From Verrucomicrobiales bacterium (lineage in GTDB: Bacteria > Verrucomicrobiota > Verrucomicrobiia > Verrucomicrobiales > V1-33): a DNA stretch of 64,000 nt. Both the position numbers and the translations under genes were made by a program. Numbering within the stretch: position 1 is the first letter of the stretch; every line of letters begins with the position of its first letter. This document shows positions 49,053 through 58,148 of the stretch, one piece after another. The notes under the pieces are model-generated. The model had not been told where the DNA came from and made no database searches. It worked only from the letters and a program-made list of their open reading frames with translations. The stretch lies in contig JANOAV010000028.1 of assembly GCA_031411295.1 (NCBI GenBank), forward strand, positions 1-64,000, given 5' to 3'.

Positions 49053-52001
49053 TTAGTTGATGCTGAGACCTAAGCGAAGAAATACTCGAGTCTGATTCGT
49101 GCGCGTGAAGATGTGAGTGGTTCCGCTGCCGGTATCAGGCACGGAAGTCCAGTGCATCAAATCGGGGGAGGATTCCGCAGTATAAGTAACGCCGGAAACG
49201 CCAGCGGGTTCGGTAAAACTATACCCCACGGTATTACCGGCTGTGAATGGTTGCGGCAGGGCTGCGCTGTCTGCTTTCTTGGGATCCAAGGCGAAGGCGT
49301 ATTCAATGACGTTGTTGAGGCCGTCGAGATCGGGATCGTCGAGCGCAGTGCCAATGCCGAGCGAATTGACCGTAAGTGGAAATTGGCTTAAGCGCCAGGC
49401 GTCGAAGGGCTTCTCTGCCAGACTTACCGACGAAGAACTAAGGATGCCGAGAGCTCCGTTGACGGGATTGCTCAGCGTGATGGTGAAGGATTTATTCGCA
49501 GCGACGACGGGGTTTTGACCAAGTGAAATGGTAATGTTTTTCGAGGTGGTGTCGCCATCTAACCAAGTCAGGCTTCCGCTCGCGAACGTGTAATCGACTC
49601 CTGCCAAAGCGCTGCCGTTGACGGTGGTGTAGTTGACGCTAACTGGCCCGGTGCTGCCTCCGGTGCGGGCTACAGGGATCGTGATGCTGAGGTTTGCTTT
49701 GGGAACAGTGTTCGATGCATTGGTGTGCTGCATGGTTCCAGGCGGATGAATGCCTTTCCAGAATTGCAGCAGGTCCCGCAGCGCGAGGGGTTTATTCGTG
49801 GGCACGGCATTGCCCGCCTGGTCGGTGGTGTTAAGGCCATGGCAAACCGCGCAGGTGCGGATCTCGCCTGGTTTAAAATTCACCCAGAAACGTTCTTTGA
49901 CCACACTCTTAGTGCCCGTGCCGTCCATGAGATGCCAGGACACCGCTCGATTCGCTGGAACGATGGCAGCGGTGGAGCCGTCGTCGGCAATTTTCACGGC
50001 CCCTGCGGGTGCACCGGCAGCGACTGGCATTTCTGCTGCGGTGTCATGCAGGGGAGTTGGCACCACGCGACGTCCTGGCAGCGGTGTTAGGGTATCGGTG
50101 GTCAGTCCGCGCAGGGCATCGGCCTGCATGATTTGCAGATAGCCAATGTCGTAAATTTTACCGGTGGCGCCCACCGTTTGTGTGGTGCTGGTGGGCCAGG
50201 CTACTTTCAAATTGAACGGCTGCTGCTTGTCGGCCTTATCGCGGCGGGTAACATTGCGACTGACGATCAAGGCCGCGTTTTGCGTCCGGAGGTATTTCTG
50301 AAACGTGGGAACGTCCACGCCTTCTTCAGTGAATACTTGGTTCTCAATCCCGGAGATGGTGCCCGCTGTCGTGGCGGGCTTAGTGCGACTGGTGACTTCC
50401 ACTGGGTCCAGTTCCCACAGCGGCCCGGTATAAGTAATGGCATTGCCATTTTCAAACCAAGTCGCGCTGGTGGCGGTGGAACCAGCAGTCAAGTTAAGAT
50501 CCGGGACCATGAAGCCGGAGACAAGCTTCATGCTCATGAGACGGAAATCGAAGTAACTCAGCGGGGCCGCTGCGGTGCCTTTGTTGGCATCGAAGCTCTT
50601 TACACTGGCTCTGATGACCGCCAGATTGCCATCGCTGAGCGGCAGCACATTGCGATAGAGATCCGTGGACGCAGCATTTTGCGCAGGAGGGATCGCTAGG
50701 TTGGCGGTAATTTTTGCTGAAACATAGGTGATCGCCATCGCACCGGGATTCACCGAGGGACCACCCAGGGTGCTGACGATTTGGCCACCGCCGTGGGTGC
50801 CGATGTCTGGCGCATCAATGCCGAAGTAAAGCCCCGGCTGGGTGGGTGACTCGATCACTTGATACATATTGTTTACCGTAGTGCGGGCGGGCGAACCCAA
50901 GCTCAGGCTCACGAGGTTGGGGTCATCCGTGAAGCTTGGCAGGAAGGACGTAAACAGCTCATGACGCCCCACATGGTTGAGCATTTCATGCTCGCTGCCA
51001 TCTTCGTTCGTCGACCAGAGCGTGAAGATATTGAGGGCGTTGCCATTGAGATTTCCCGCGGCCAGCAGGCTCGTTTTGTCGGCATTGCGAGGTTCCGGAT
51101 ACACATCGTTGGTTCCAGTGGTGAATGCTGCGGCAGCACTCTCGTTGGCATAGTTGCCGCACCCATTCGTGGTTTGGGTCCAGGCATCACCATTGGCCAC
51201 GATCGGCGGTTTATCGGTCAGCGCCATGACATCCCGAATGAGGTGGTCCCACTGCACGAAGAGCAAACGACCAAAGCTATCCACAAATGGCGTATAAGCC
51301 CCCGATGGACAATGCACGAGCATCTTTAAATCGCCCCCACTCACCGTGGGATCAATGCTCCAAATGCCACTGTTGATTGGCTGCAAAAGGTATTCCTCCC
51401 GCTGCGGCCAGAGCTGCGCTTGACCATTGCGGGGCCGATCACTGGTAAAAATGATCCTCCCGTCCGTGGCGTAACTCGCGTGCAGATTGTCGTAGTTGAT
51501 TGGCTGGTTGGGAACTTTAGCAATGACGGCTGGCGTGCCCGTAAGGACCAGGTCGAGATTCGTAACTTCGTAGAGTTGCCAAAAAAACGCGCTAGAATCA
51601 GCCGCCGAAGTAGGTGCGCCTACTACCATGCTGAAGACCGCGCGCGTAGCCGTCCAATTAACCTGCGGGCGCTGCACGGCAATACTGTTGGCGCCCTGCG
51701 CGCCTGTGACGTTGCCGCCACTGGAGTTCCCACTGCCAAATCCAGCCTCTTTGGTCAGATTCCGCAGCGTCCCATTGGCGAGTCGCAGCATAAGCGATCC
51801 TCCGCGACCAGCGCTGGAGGTGTCACCCAAAGGATTCTGAATAGGCGAGGCACACGACATGTGGACCAATTTGAAGTCCCGATTATTGACCTCCTCCGGC
51901 CGCGGGATCTGGGTGACGTAAAGCAGGGGCTTCGTCGGATTGGCCGCAGGCAGGGCGTTGGCAAGGAGCAACAGAAGGAAGGTGAAATGAGCCGAATTCA
52001 T
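49053..52001 (-). CDS. Secreted hydrazine-synthase-alpha-like (HzsA-related) propeller protein with a heme c motif, Calx-beta and a C-terminal module
   Basis: Propeller-like DGRIIFTSDRPR and PFVDSFGRLLFVQWDH; DGSTAAIVPANRAVSW..ERFWVNFKPGEIRTCAVCHG (CxxCH). Confidence 0.75.
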   Translation of the reverse strand: MNSAHFTFLLLLLANALPAANPTKPLLYVTQIPRPEEVNNRDFKLVHMSCASPIQNPLGDTSSAGRGGSLMLRLANGTLRNLTKEAGFGSGNSSGGNVTGAQGANSIAVQRPQVNWTATRAVFSMVVGAPTSAADSSAFFWQLYEVTNLDLVLTGTPAVIAKVPNQPINYDNLHASYATDGRIIFTSDRPRNGQAQLWPQREEYLLQPINSGIWSIDPTVSGGDLKMLVHCPSGAYTPFVDSFGRLLFVQWDHLIRDVMALTDKPPIVANGDAWTQTTNGCGNYANESAAAAFTTGTNDVYPEPRNADKTSLLAAGNLNGNALNIFTLWSTNEDGSEHEMLNHVGRHELFTSFLPSFTDDPNLVSLSLGSPARTTVNNMYQVIESPTQPGLYFGIDAPDIGTHGGGQIVSTLGGPSVNPGAMAITYVSAKITANLAIPPAQNAASTDLYRNVLPLSDGNLAVIRASVKSFDANKGTAAAPLSYFDFRLMSMKLVSGFMVPDLNLTAGSTATSATWFENGNAITYTGPLWELDPVEVTSRTKPATTAGTISGIENQVFTEEGVDVPTFQKYLRTQNAALIVSRNVTRRDKADKQQPFNLKVAWPTSTTQTVGATGKIYDIGYLQIMQADALRGLTTDTLTPLPGRRVVPTPLHDTAAEMPVAAGAPAGAVKIADDGSTAAIVPANRAVSWHLMDGTGTKSVVKERFWVNFKPGEIRTCAVCHGLNTTDQAGNAVPTNKPLALRDLLQFWKGIHPPGTMQHTNASNTVPKANLSITIPVARTGGSTGPVSVNYTTVNGSALAGVDYTFASGSLTWLDGDTTSKNITISLGQNPVVAANKSFTITLSNPVNGALGILSSSSVSLAEKPFDAWRLSQFPLTVNSLGIGTALDDPDLDGLNNVIEYAFALDPKKADSAALPQPFTAGNTVGYSFTEPAGVSGVTYTAESSPDLMHWTSVPDTGSGTTHIFTRTNQTRVFLRLGLSIN

Positions 52002-52034
52002 CTCGTTAATTTACAGTATTGCAGCATCAATGCA

Positions 52035-52052
52035 CTGTGCTTTTCACGCACA
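52035..52052. promoter_or_regulatory. 18-bp near-palindromic box upstream of the HzsA-like gene
   Basis: CTGTGCTTTTCACGCACA, 33 nt upstream of ATG 52001. Confidence 0.6.
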
Positions 52053-52058
52053 CCGATG

Positions 52059-52107
52059 AAAAAAAGTGCGCCCTCGTTTGCTGATTTGACTCGGCGGGAG
52101 GGCGCGC
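52059..52107 (-). terminator. Intrinsic terminator after the cysteine protease-like gene
   Basis: Minus-strand stem GCGCGCCCTC..GAGGGCGCAC followed by T7. Confidence 0.55.
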
Positions 52108-52113
52108 TCGGGA

Positions 52114-54000
52114 CTATGGTGAAAGTGAGCCTTTGGACATCGTAATATTGGAAGAAAAGAACGTGTCGCTCCAGGGCCACCATTGGCTGTTGGCAGTGCC
52201 GCCGCCCCAACCCATATTGCAGTCGATGTATTCCTCCCGCAGGAAGGCAGGGCCGTTGGCGGAGGCCTTGAACTCCCTAACTTTATAGCCAAAGACTAGT
52301 GCGTAGTGCCAGTATTCGCCTAACCCCACGACGGATGGATGATTCTGTTTAACCGCGTCCCGGCACTCATCAGGTCCACCGTCGAACGTGGAGAATAGCC
52401 CGGACCAACGCATTTTCCAACCCATGTTCAGGAAATGAAAGAGCCGCGCACCACCGGTGTAATCGAGGATTCCTTCTGCTTGATTGCCTGGGGTGGTGGC
52501 ACCTTCGTCACTGAATATAGTGCAGATGACATCGCAATAGTCGTGCAGTTTGTCCAACTCAGGAATTAGTTGTCCATTGAGTTGCCAGTCTTTCGTGCTC
52601 GGCGGAGCATCCACGGAAATAAAATTGCCGAATGCTGCCGGGACCCCGTGCCGTTCATACCATGCGGTCAACATGGCCCAAGCATTGGGTCCGCAGCCGA
52701 CGTAGGGGCACCAGTTAGGATTTTTCAGTTGGGTATAGTGCGGCGTTTCGGCATAGCCACCCGGAATCACATACGTCACCCAGGGTTGCCATCCGGGAAC
52801 AAATGGCCCTAACGGATGAATACCGTTCGCGGCCTTGACTCCTGCCACCCCCGGGGCGGTTACCTGCACGATGACGGTGCGTGGAGCCCCAGCGATCATT
52901 CCAGTCAAAATCCCGTCGCCTAAGGCATCGGCCGTGATCAAAATCCCTCCAGTCGTCGGGCTCGAAAAATGGGCGATACCGGTTCGTCCAGCCGCATCGA
53001 AATGGAACTCGTCCACGGTCAAGCCAGCGAAGGCGGTGGCCGTAGCACCAATGTTTAATTGAATGACAGTGGGAAAACGCCCCTGCTCAACATCCCAACG
53101 AGCGCGGGCGCTGGTGGCTTTGCGCTGACGTAGTTTCACATAGACTGGGTTGGCCAAATAGTCGGCTTGCAGCGCTTCGTAGGTCGCGTAAAACGATGAC
53201 AACACCGCTGGCAATAACGGACGTGTATCCTCCGCCCGCTCATCATTTCCCTCCCAAATTTTATCTGTCGTCAATGTCAGCGCCAAGGCAGGGTCCACCT
53301 TGAATGGGGCTGAGCCAAGGGTTGCGAGCACGTGGCCGGAATTATCTTCGGCCGTCATGAACGTGCCTCCAAAGGCGTAAACTTTCACCAGCTTGTTTTT
53401 CGCCAAACACTGCAGTTGTTCGACCTTGGTAAGTCCCTCGGTGGCCGAAGTTGTGACGGGGAGATCTCCTTCATGGAGCGAGAGGATAATGAAGCCAAGA
53501 TCCTCATCACGACAATCATCCGGCCGATTCAGAAACGACCCGGGCAAACGCGACTTGGCGGCACGGGCCACTTTGAATTCCAAGTAAGCAGGAGTGCGCC
53601 CGCCATCCACCGCATAATCAAAAATAGGATGCACACAAGGCGCAATCTCCGCATCCCCTGGCCAACCCTCCGAGGTGGCACGCGAGGCATCCAGCCATGC
53701 TTGCGCACGCTGCGATAACGGCTTGGGGACATCCGCCAACAGGATGGGAGCACCCGCCTCCCCATTAGTTGTTTCGATTCTCGTGCGGAAAAACCGCCGG
53801 GTGTCGGTCATGGGGAGCAGCGGGTTTCCGTTAGCGTCCTTAGCCTGATGGTCTGGATTTTCCGTCACCCACGGCCCGGCAGGGCTTGGCGCGGACTCCA
53901 GGGTAATGCGCAGTTGGGCTGCGGTGAGAGGCGCTCCGATGAGGCTGAGCAGCGCCAGTCGGCACGCCGCACGCAGACTGTAAGAAAAATATCGGTTCAT
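52114..54000 (-). CDS. Secreted protein with a C-terminal papain-fold cysteine peptidase domain (C10/C39-like)
   Basis: Signal peptide; HYTQ..VGCGPNAWAML, WHYALVFGY, IDCNMGWGG, paralleling the streptopain GC / HA..DG / HVNWGWGG motifs. Confidence 0.7.
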   Translation of the reverse strand: MNRYFSYSLRAACRLALLSLIGAPLTAAQLRITLESAPSPAGPWVTENPDHQAKDANGNPLLPMTDTRRFFRTRIETTNGEAGAPILLADVPKPLSQRAQAWLDASRATSEGWPGDAEIAPCVHPIFDYAVDGGRTPAYLEFKVARAAKSRLPGSFLNRPDDCRDEDLGFIILSLHEGDLPVTTSATEGLTKVEQLQCLAKNKLVKVYAFGGTFMTAEDNSGHVLATLGSAPFKVDPALALTLTTDKIWEGNDERAEDTRPLLPAVLSSFYATYEALQADYLANPVYVKLRQRKATSARARWDVEQGRFPTVIQLNIGATATAFAGLTVDEFHFDAAGRTGIAHFSSPTTGGILITADALGDGILTGMIAGAPRTVIVQVTAPGVAGVKAANGIHPLGPFVPGWQPWVTYVIPGGYAETPHYTQLKNPNWCPYVGCGPNAWAMLTAWYERHGVPAAFGNFISVDAPPSTKDWQLNGQLIPELDKLHDYCDVICTIFSDEGATTPGNQAEGILDYTGGARLFHFLNMGWKMRWSGLFSTFDGGPDECRDAVKQNHPSVVGLGEYWHYALVFGYKVREFKASANGPAFLREEYIDCNMGWGGGTANSQWWPWSDTFFSSNITMSKGSLSP

Positions 54001-54103
54001 AGCTGGGATAGGTTGGCTTAGTTGATTGTGGTGGCTGTGACTGAGGTAACTGTTATTACATCAGGCATCGGCGCATCCTAAGGGCGATTGCCTCGTGGCG
54101 TCA

Positions 54104-54141
54104 GTGTGCCTTCCGCACACAGGGTGCGCTTTCCGCGCACA
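54104..54141. promoter_or_regulatory. Tandem pair of 18-bp near-palindromic boxes upstream of the peptidase gene
   Basis: GTGTGCCTTCCGCACACA and GTGCGCTTTCCGCGCACA; abut a minus-strand CTGACG-18-TAGGAT promoter candidate. Confidence 0.6.
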
Positions 54142-54159
54142 CCCCGAGCATCCCAAGGA

Positions 54160-54822
54160 TCATGACTCTTCCGCCAGACCTTCCTGATAGACAGAAGCAT
54201 CCAACTGCCCCCGATGGATGATTTCCCTAACATCCCTAATAATGGTCTTCCGGGAGACGCGATACTGCCGGGCAAACTGAGAAATGTTGAGCGCATCACC
54301 ACTCAATCGGAGCGTCTTCAGCATGTCATACTGGCGTGCGAGACGTTCGGTGAAACGACGGTCCGGTTCGTCTCCATCCACTTTATCCAAGCGCTCCAGC
54401 GCTTGCAACCAGGCCACGACCTCGCCCATGCCGCACTCGGTTAAAGCAATTTCGATGGTTCGCTCGAGTTCATCCAGATCGACCGGTTTTTCCAATGCAT
54501 AGTGCGCGGAACGCGGTCCGCTCAGAGCCGCCAACTGTTGTTTCACATTTAACGAACCACTGATCACAATCACTGGGACGTGGGCGGCCACGGTCTTGAG
54601 ACGCGGAAGGAAATCCAGTCCGCGTTCACTCCCTTCAAGAATATGATCAAGGATGATGAGATCCGGCATGCTTTCAGTAATGCGCTGCAAGGCATCAGCT
54701 GAATTGGATGCCGTGGTGAGGCGATATTCCCGCAGAGCTTTCGCATAGAGACCGAGTTGCCGCGGATCATCTTCGATGATGAGGATGGAGGCGGTGTTGA
54801 GAAAGGATGACGTTTGGGACAT
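54160..54822 (-). CDS. Response regulator: receiver domain plus C-terminal HTH_11/DeoR-like winged helix
   Basis: IIEDD, DLIILD, VISG, EKP receiver motifs; NISQFARQYRVSRKTIIRD HTH. Confidence 0.88.
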   Translation of the reverse strand: MSQTSSFLNTASILIIEDDPRQLGLYAKALREYRLTTASNSADALQRITESMPDLIILDHILEGSERGLDFLPRLKTVAAHVPVIVISGSLNVKQQLAALSGPRSAHYALEKPVDLDELERTIEIALTECGMGEVVAWLQALERLDKVDGDEPDRRFTERLARQYDMLKTLRLSGDALNISQFARQYRVSRKTIIRDVREIIHRGQLDASVYQEGLAEES

Positions 54823-54834
54823 GGTTTGCGATAG

Positions 54835-57800
54835 TTAGTTCACGGCAGTCCCACTGTCAGTGGGCGTTTCGTGCACAGGTTCGTGGTGCACGGGGATATA
54901 GATGGAAAAGGTAGCGCCCTGGCCCGGCACGGAGCGCAATGCGATGCCCATGCCATCGCGCTCCGCAATCGTATAGACCATGCTCAAGCCAAGGCCTGTG
55001 CCCCGATCATTGCCGACATTCTTGGTGGTGAAGAACGGTTCGAAGATGCGTTCAGCGACCGTGGGAGAGATCCCGGGGCCAGAGTCAGTAACTGATAATT
55101 CAGCATAAAGCGACGCGGCCTTGGGTGGTAGCAGACACAACGCGATGCCAGCGCCTGAAGCTGGGCGCACTGCAATTTCAAGTGTCCCACTGCCGCCCAT
55201 GGCGTCAGAGGCATTAACGATAAGATTGAGTAAAATTTGCTCGATTCGACCCGATGGAACTTCCACGTTGGGGGTCGCTTCGTCGAGATCAAGCTCCAAG
55301 GTGATGCCGCTGAGGAATTCGGTGCTGAGGAGATCGACGGTATCACGCACGACGACGGCCAGCGGGCGCACCGGGCCGGTCTCTTCCCGGCTGTAGCTAA
55401 GCATGGAGCTCACCACTTGCTTCCCTTGGAGGACGGCCGATTCGACGGATTCCACTAGTTCCGTGACCTCCGTATTGCCCACGGTCTCACGTGAAATGAG
55501 TTTGTTAGACATGCGAATGACCGAGAGTAAATTATTGAAATCGTGCGCCATGCCTGCCGCGAGAGTGCCCAAGGCTTTCATCTTCTGGCTGTGCAGCAGG
55601 CTGGTGTTTGCCTGCTCTAAATCACGCCGCTGCAGGGTGAGCTGAATTTCAGCGTCAGCAAAATCACGCATGAGCCCATGGTGTCGGCGCATGATGAGCA
55701 CGGTCGCAATTCCGGCGGCCAGCGCAGCGGCACAGAGCCAAAAGGCGAATCCGTAGGGGGGCTGAGCAGCGGTTGCTGCTACCGTTGGCGTTGGCGATGG
55801 GGCGGTGGCACTGTTTTTCCAATCCAATCCGAGGGTCGCCAACTCTGTCCGCAACCCTGTTAGGTTCCACAGTTGAAATTCGTTCCCGGCACAAGCTACC
55901 GCGAGATAGGATCCATCCTGGGACAGGCGACAAGTCTTGATATTTCGCGGAGCAGCAGGCGTTAGCACCGCAAGGGGCGAAAAATCTTCCCCACGGCATA
56001 ATTGCACGGCAGAGCGCGTCGCATCTGTGGCTAGGAGCATTCCGTCCGCACTGAACGCCATGGCTCCACTACCAGTGGACAATCGCGCCCCGGACGCAGC
56101 GGGGTTCTCCTTCCAAGTGCCAACCTGGATCGAGCGGGGCGATTCGTCGTGGGAAAGTAAAAATCGCTGATTGTCTGGGCTGAACAACGCAATGCCAGCC
56201 GCTGTTTCCGCCGACCAGAGGAGCTTCCCATTCAGCGCATCGAAGACACTGGCTGCGGACCCCATACCATAGGCAAACCCAGCGTAACGGCCATCGGCAC
56301 TCAAGGTGAATCGACCTCCGCCGGTGGTGGTGGCGGGAGCCTTCTCATAGCTCATGTTAGCCCTGACTTCGAGGGGAACAAACGGACGCTCGGATTGGAG
56401 ATCGTAGATTCCATGGCGGTTTCCGCTGAGTTCCAGCAAAACTGTGCGGCCGTTCTGGCTAAGTGTCATTTGCTTCACGAGTGCCCCCTCCGGCAGGCCC
56501 GTTACCGCTAAGGGCATGGCTTCCAAAATAGGGGTGCCATCAGCTCTGATGGTTAGTTTCTTTTTTGCTAGTTTACCATCCTCCACCGTTAGAAGGTTCC
56601 CTTCGGGCGAAAATACGAACGCGCTGAGCGCAGGCAGGAACCAAGGATAGCTGCGCTCAGGATGCTCGGTGGACCACACCATGGCGCCCCACGGAATGAG
56701 CGTGGCCAACCATTTACCATCGGGTGAGAGATCATAGTGATTTAATTCACTATCCTTAACTCCAGGCACGACAATGGCCTGCTCTACCGACGAGGGTGAC
56801 ACCTCCCATTGGCCAAGCTCTCCTGAGTTTGTGAAATAGCTAATGGTCTTCCCCTCTCCGCTGTATGACAAACCACTCCCCGTGCGGCTCGTCAGCAACA
56901 AACTACCGCGCTCCACATCCCACCAGCGCGTGGAATTTTCATCTGAACTCATCAAGGTGCGGGCGTCCGGACTGAACTTCAAGGCCCGACACAATCCAGT
57001 ATGCCCCCCCAAAGACCACGTGGTGGAACTTTCCATACTCCAAATCCGCACCTCGCCATTCCAAGCCATTCCTGCCAACCGTTTCCCATCTGCCGACCAT
57101 GTCAGAGTGTGGATCTCTCCCGGGACGGGCCAGGAATTTTTTACTTCCCCTGAGGCAAGATCGAACAGCTTGACCTCCGACTTGTTGACTAAGGCAATTT
57201 CAGCAGCCTTGGGGCGCAGCGCAAATGCCACCCTGCCATCCGGTAGCGTGTGGGTCAGAAACTTACTCATATTCAAATCGTAAATCCGCAGGGGACTTCT
57301 GTCCCCAACGAAGAAAGCGAGATAGCGCCCATCCGCTGAGAAGCGTCCGGGCGAAGGGCCTCCGCCCATCATTGGGGTGCCGGGACACCAGCGGAAACAG
57401 AGCTTGGCTTCCGGCAACGCCCACATGGCCACCTCCCCATTCTTGAACCAGGCGCAGAGCCACGAGTGCCCAGCTGCCTTATCCGTCACGGGTCGCCACT
57501 CTAATCCAGTAATAATTGATTGATTCGGACTTTTCCCCTCTATTGCGAGCCGAAGCAACTCCGAGCCATCTGCCATCCGCCGCACGACAATATGCCCAGA
57601 GGCATCTGAAGTTGCCAACAGCCCTTGGGCGGCATCAACTGCGATTAACGCTTGGTCCGCCGGCAGAGCAATGGGGGGCTGCTGCACGATTAGATCTGGC
57701 AATGCCAGGAGAGCTGTAGCTTCCTCGCGCAACTGACGCTTGTCAGGGGAATCTTCCATTTCCTGGCCATGCAGCGCCTTCCATCCAGCGGCGGCCTTCT

Positions 57801-58092
57801 TGAGCAAGGCCATGCCTTCGATCCGGCGGCCCTGCAGTCCATGGAGTCGCATGGCCGGGGCCTGATCCCGATACGATTTCCAAAGTTGCTCCTGACTCAA
57901 TTGCTCTGCTGCCACCGCGCGATACTGCTGCTCACGAGCATGAACCCCCATCAAAACCGCCGCCAGCGCCAAGCCGGTCACCACGATGAGAATGACCCCC
58001 ACCATGATGGTTAGACGCAGCATACGCTTCCGCAGTGCTTCCTGAGCGGAGGACCGAGGCGATGCCAGGGTTGCTGGGGAAGGAGACGGCAT
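54835..58092 (-). CDS. Sensor histidine kinase with a WD40 beta-propeller between two TM helices
   Basis: TM1 near the N-terminus, FS.DG..L WD40 blades, TM2, then HSQKMKALGTLAAGMAHDFNNLL, NLIVNA, DSGPGI, IFEPFFTTK, GTGLGLS. Confidence 0.92.
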   Translation of the reverse strand: MPSPSPATLASPRSSAQEALRKRMLRLTIMVGVILIVVTGLALAAVLMGVHAREQQYRAVAAEQLSQEQLWKSYRDQAPAMRLHGLQGRRIEGMALLKKAAAGWKALHGQEMEDSPDKRQLREEATALLALPDLIVQQPPIALPADQALIAVDAAQGLLATSDASGHIVVRRMADGSELLRLAIEGKSPNQSIITGLEWRPVTDKAAGHSWLCAWFKNGEVAMWALPEAKLCFRWCPGTPMMGGGPSPGRFSADGRYLAFFVGDRSPLRIYDLNMSKFLTHTLPDGRVAFALRPKAAEIALVNKSEVKLFDLASGEVKNSWPVPGEIHTLTWSADGKRLAGMAWNGEVRIWSMESSTTWSLGGHTGLCRALKFSPDARTLMSSDENSTRWWDVERGSLLLTSRTGSGLSYSGEGKTISYFTNSGELGQWEVSPSSVEQAIVVPGVKDSELNHYDLSPDGKWLATLIPWGAMVWSTEHPERSYPWFLPALSAFVFSPEGNLLTVEDGKLAKKKLTIRADGTPILEAMPLAVTGLPEGALVKQMTLSQNGRTVLLELSGNRHGIYDLQSERPFVPLEVRANMSYEKAPATTTGGGRFTLSADGRYAGFAYGMGSAASVFDALNGKLLWSAETAAGIALFSPDNQRFLLSHDESPRSIQVGTWKENPAASGARLSTGSGAMAFSADGMLLATDATRSAVQLCRGEDFSPLAVLTPAAPRNIKTCRLSQDGSYLAVACAGNEFQLWNLTGLRTELATLGLDWKNSATAPSPTPTVAATAAQPPYGFAFWLCAAALAAGIATVLIMRRHHGLMRDFADAEIQLTLQRRDLEQANTSLLHSQKMKALGTLAAGMAHDFNNLLSVIRMSNKLISRETVGNTEVTELVESVESAVLQGKQVVSSMLSYSREETGPVRPLAVVVRDTVDLLSTEFLSGITLELDLDEATPNVEVPSGRIEQILLNLIVNASDAMGGSGTLEIAVRPASGAGIALCLLPPKAASLYAELSVTDSGPGISPTVAERIFEPFFTTKNVGNDRGTGLGLSMVYTIAERDGMGIALRSVPGQGATFSIYIPVHHEPVHETPTDSGTAVN
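54860..54877. promoter_or_regulatory. 18-bp near-palindromic box inside the kinase 3' end, upstream of the response regulator
   Basis: GTGGGCGTTTCGTGCACA, preceded by GTCA as at 54100; abuts a minus-strand CTGACA-17-TAACTA candidate. Confidence 0.5.
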
Positions 58093-58098
58093 TAATAG

Positions 58099-58127
58099 AC
58101 TGTATTACCGAGCCCCGGCAAAAGCAA
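58099..58127 (-). promoter_or_regulatory. Sigma70-type promoter candidate for the WD40 kinase (possibly leaderless)
   Basis: TTGCTT-17-TACAGT, with the ATG (58092) 7 nt past the -10. Confidence 0.45.
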
Positions 58128-58130
58128 CCC

Positions 58131-58148
58131 TGTGCGCGAAAAGCACAG
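58131..58148. promoter_or_regulatory. 18-bp near-palindromic box upstream of the kinase gene
   Basis: Minus strand CTGTGCTTTTCGCGCACA, 17/18 identical to the 52035 box. Confidence 0.6.

Noticed and set aside
49053..52001. Evidence of anammox metabolism
   Set aside because: Only an alpha-like subunit with surface modules; no hzsB/C or multiheme partners recognised in the window.
44767..58148. 18-bp boxes as CRISPR repeats
   Set aside because: Dispersed, at most two in tandem with 2-nt gaps, no spacers and no cas genes.
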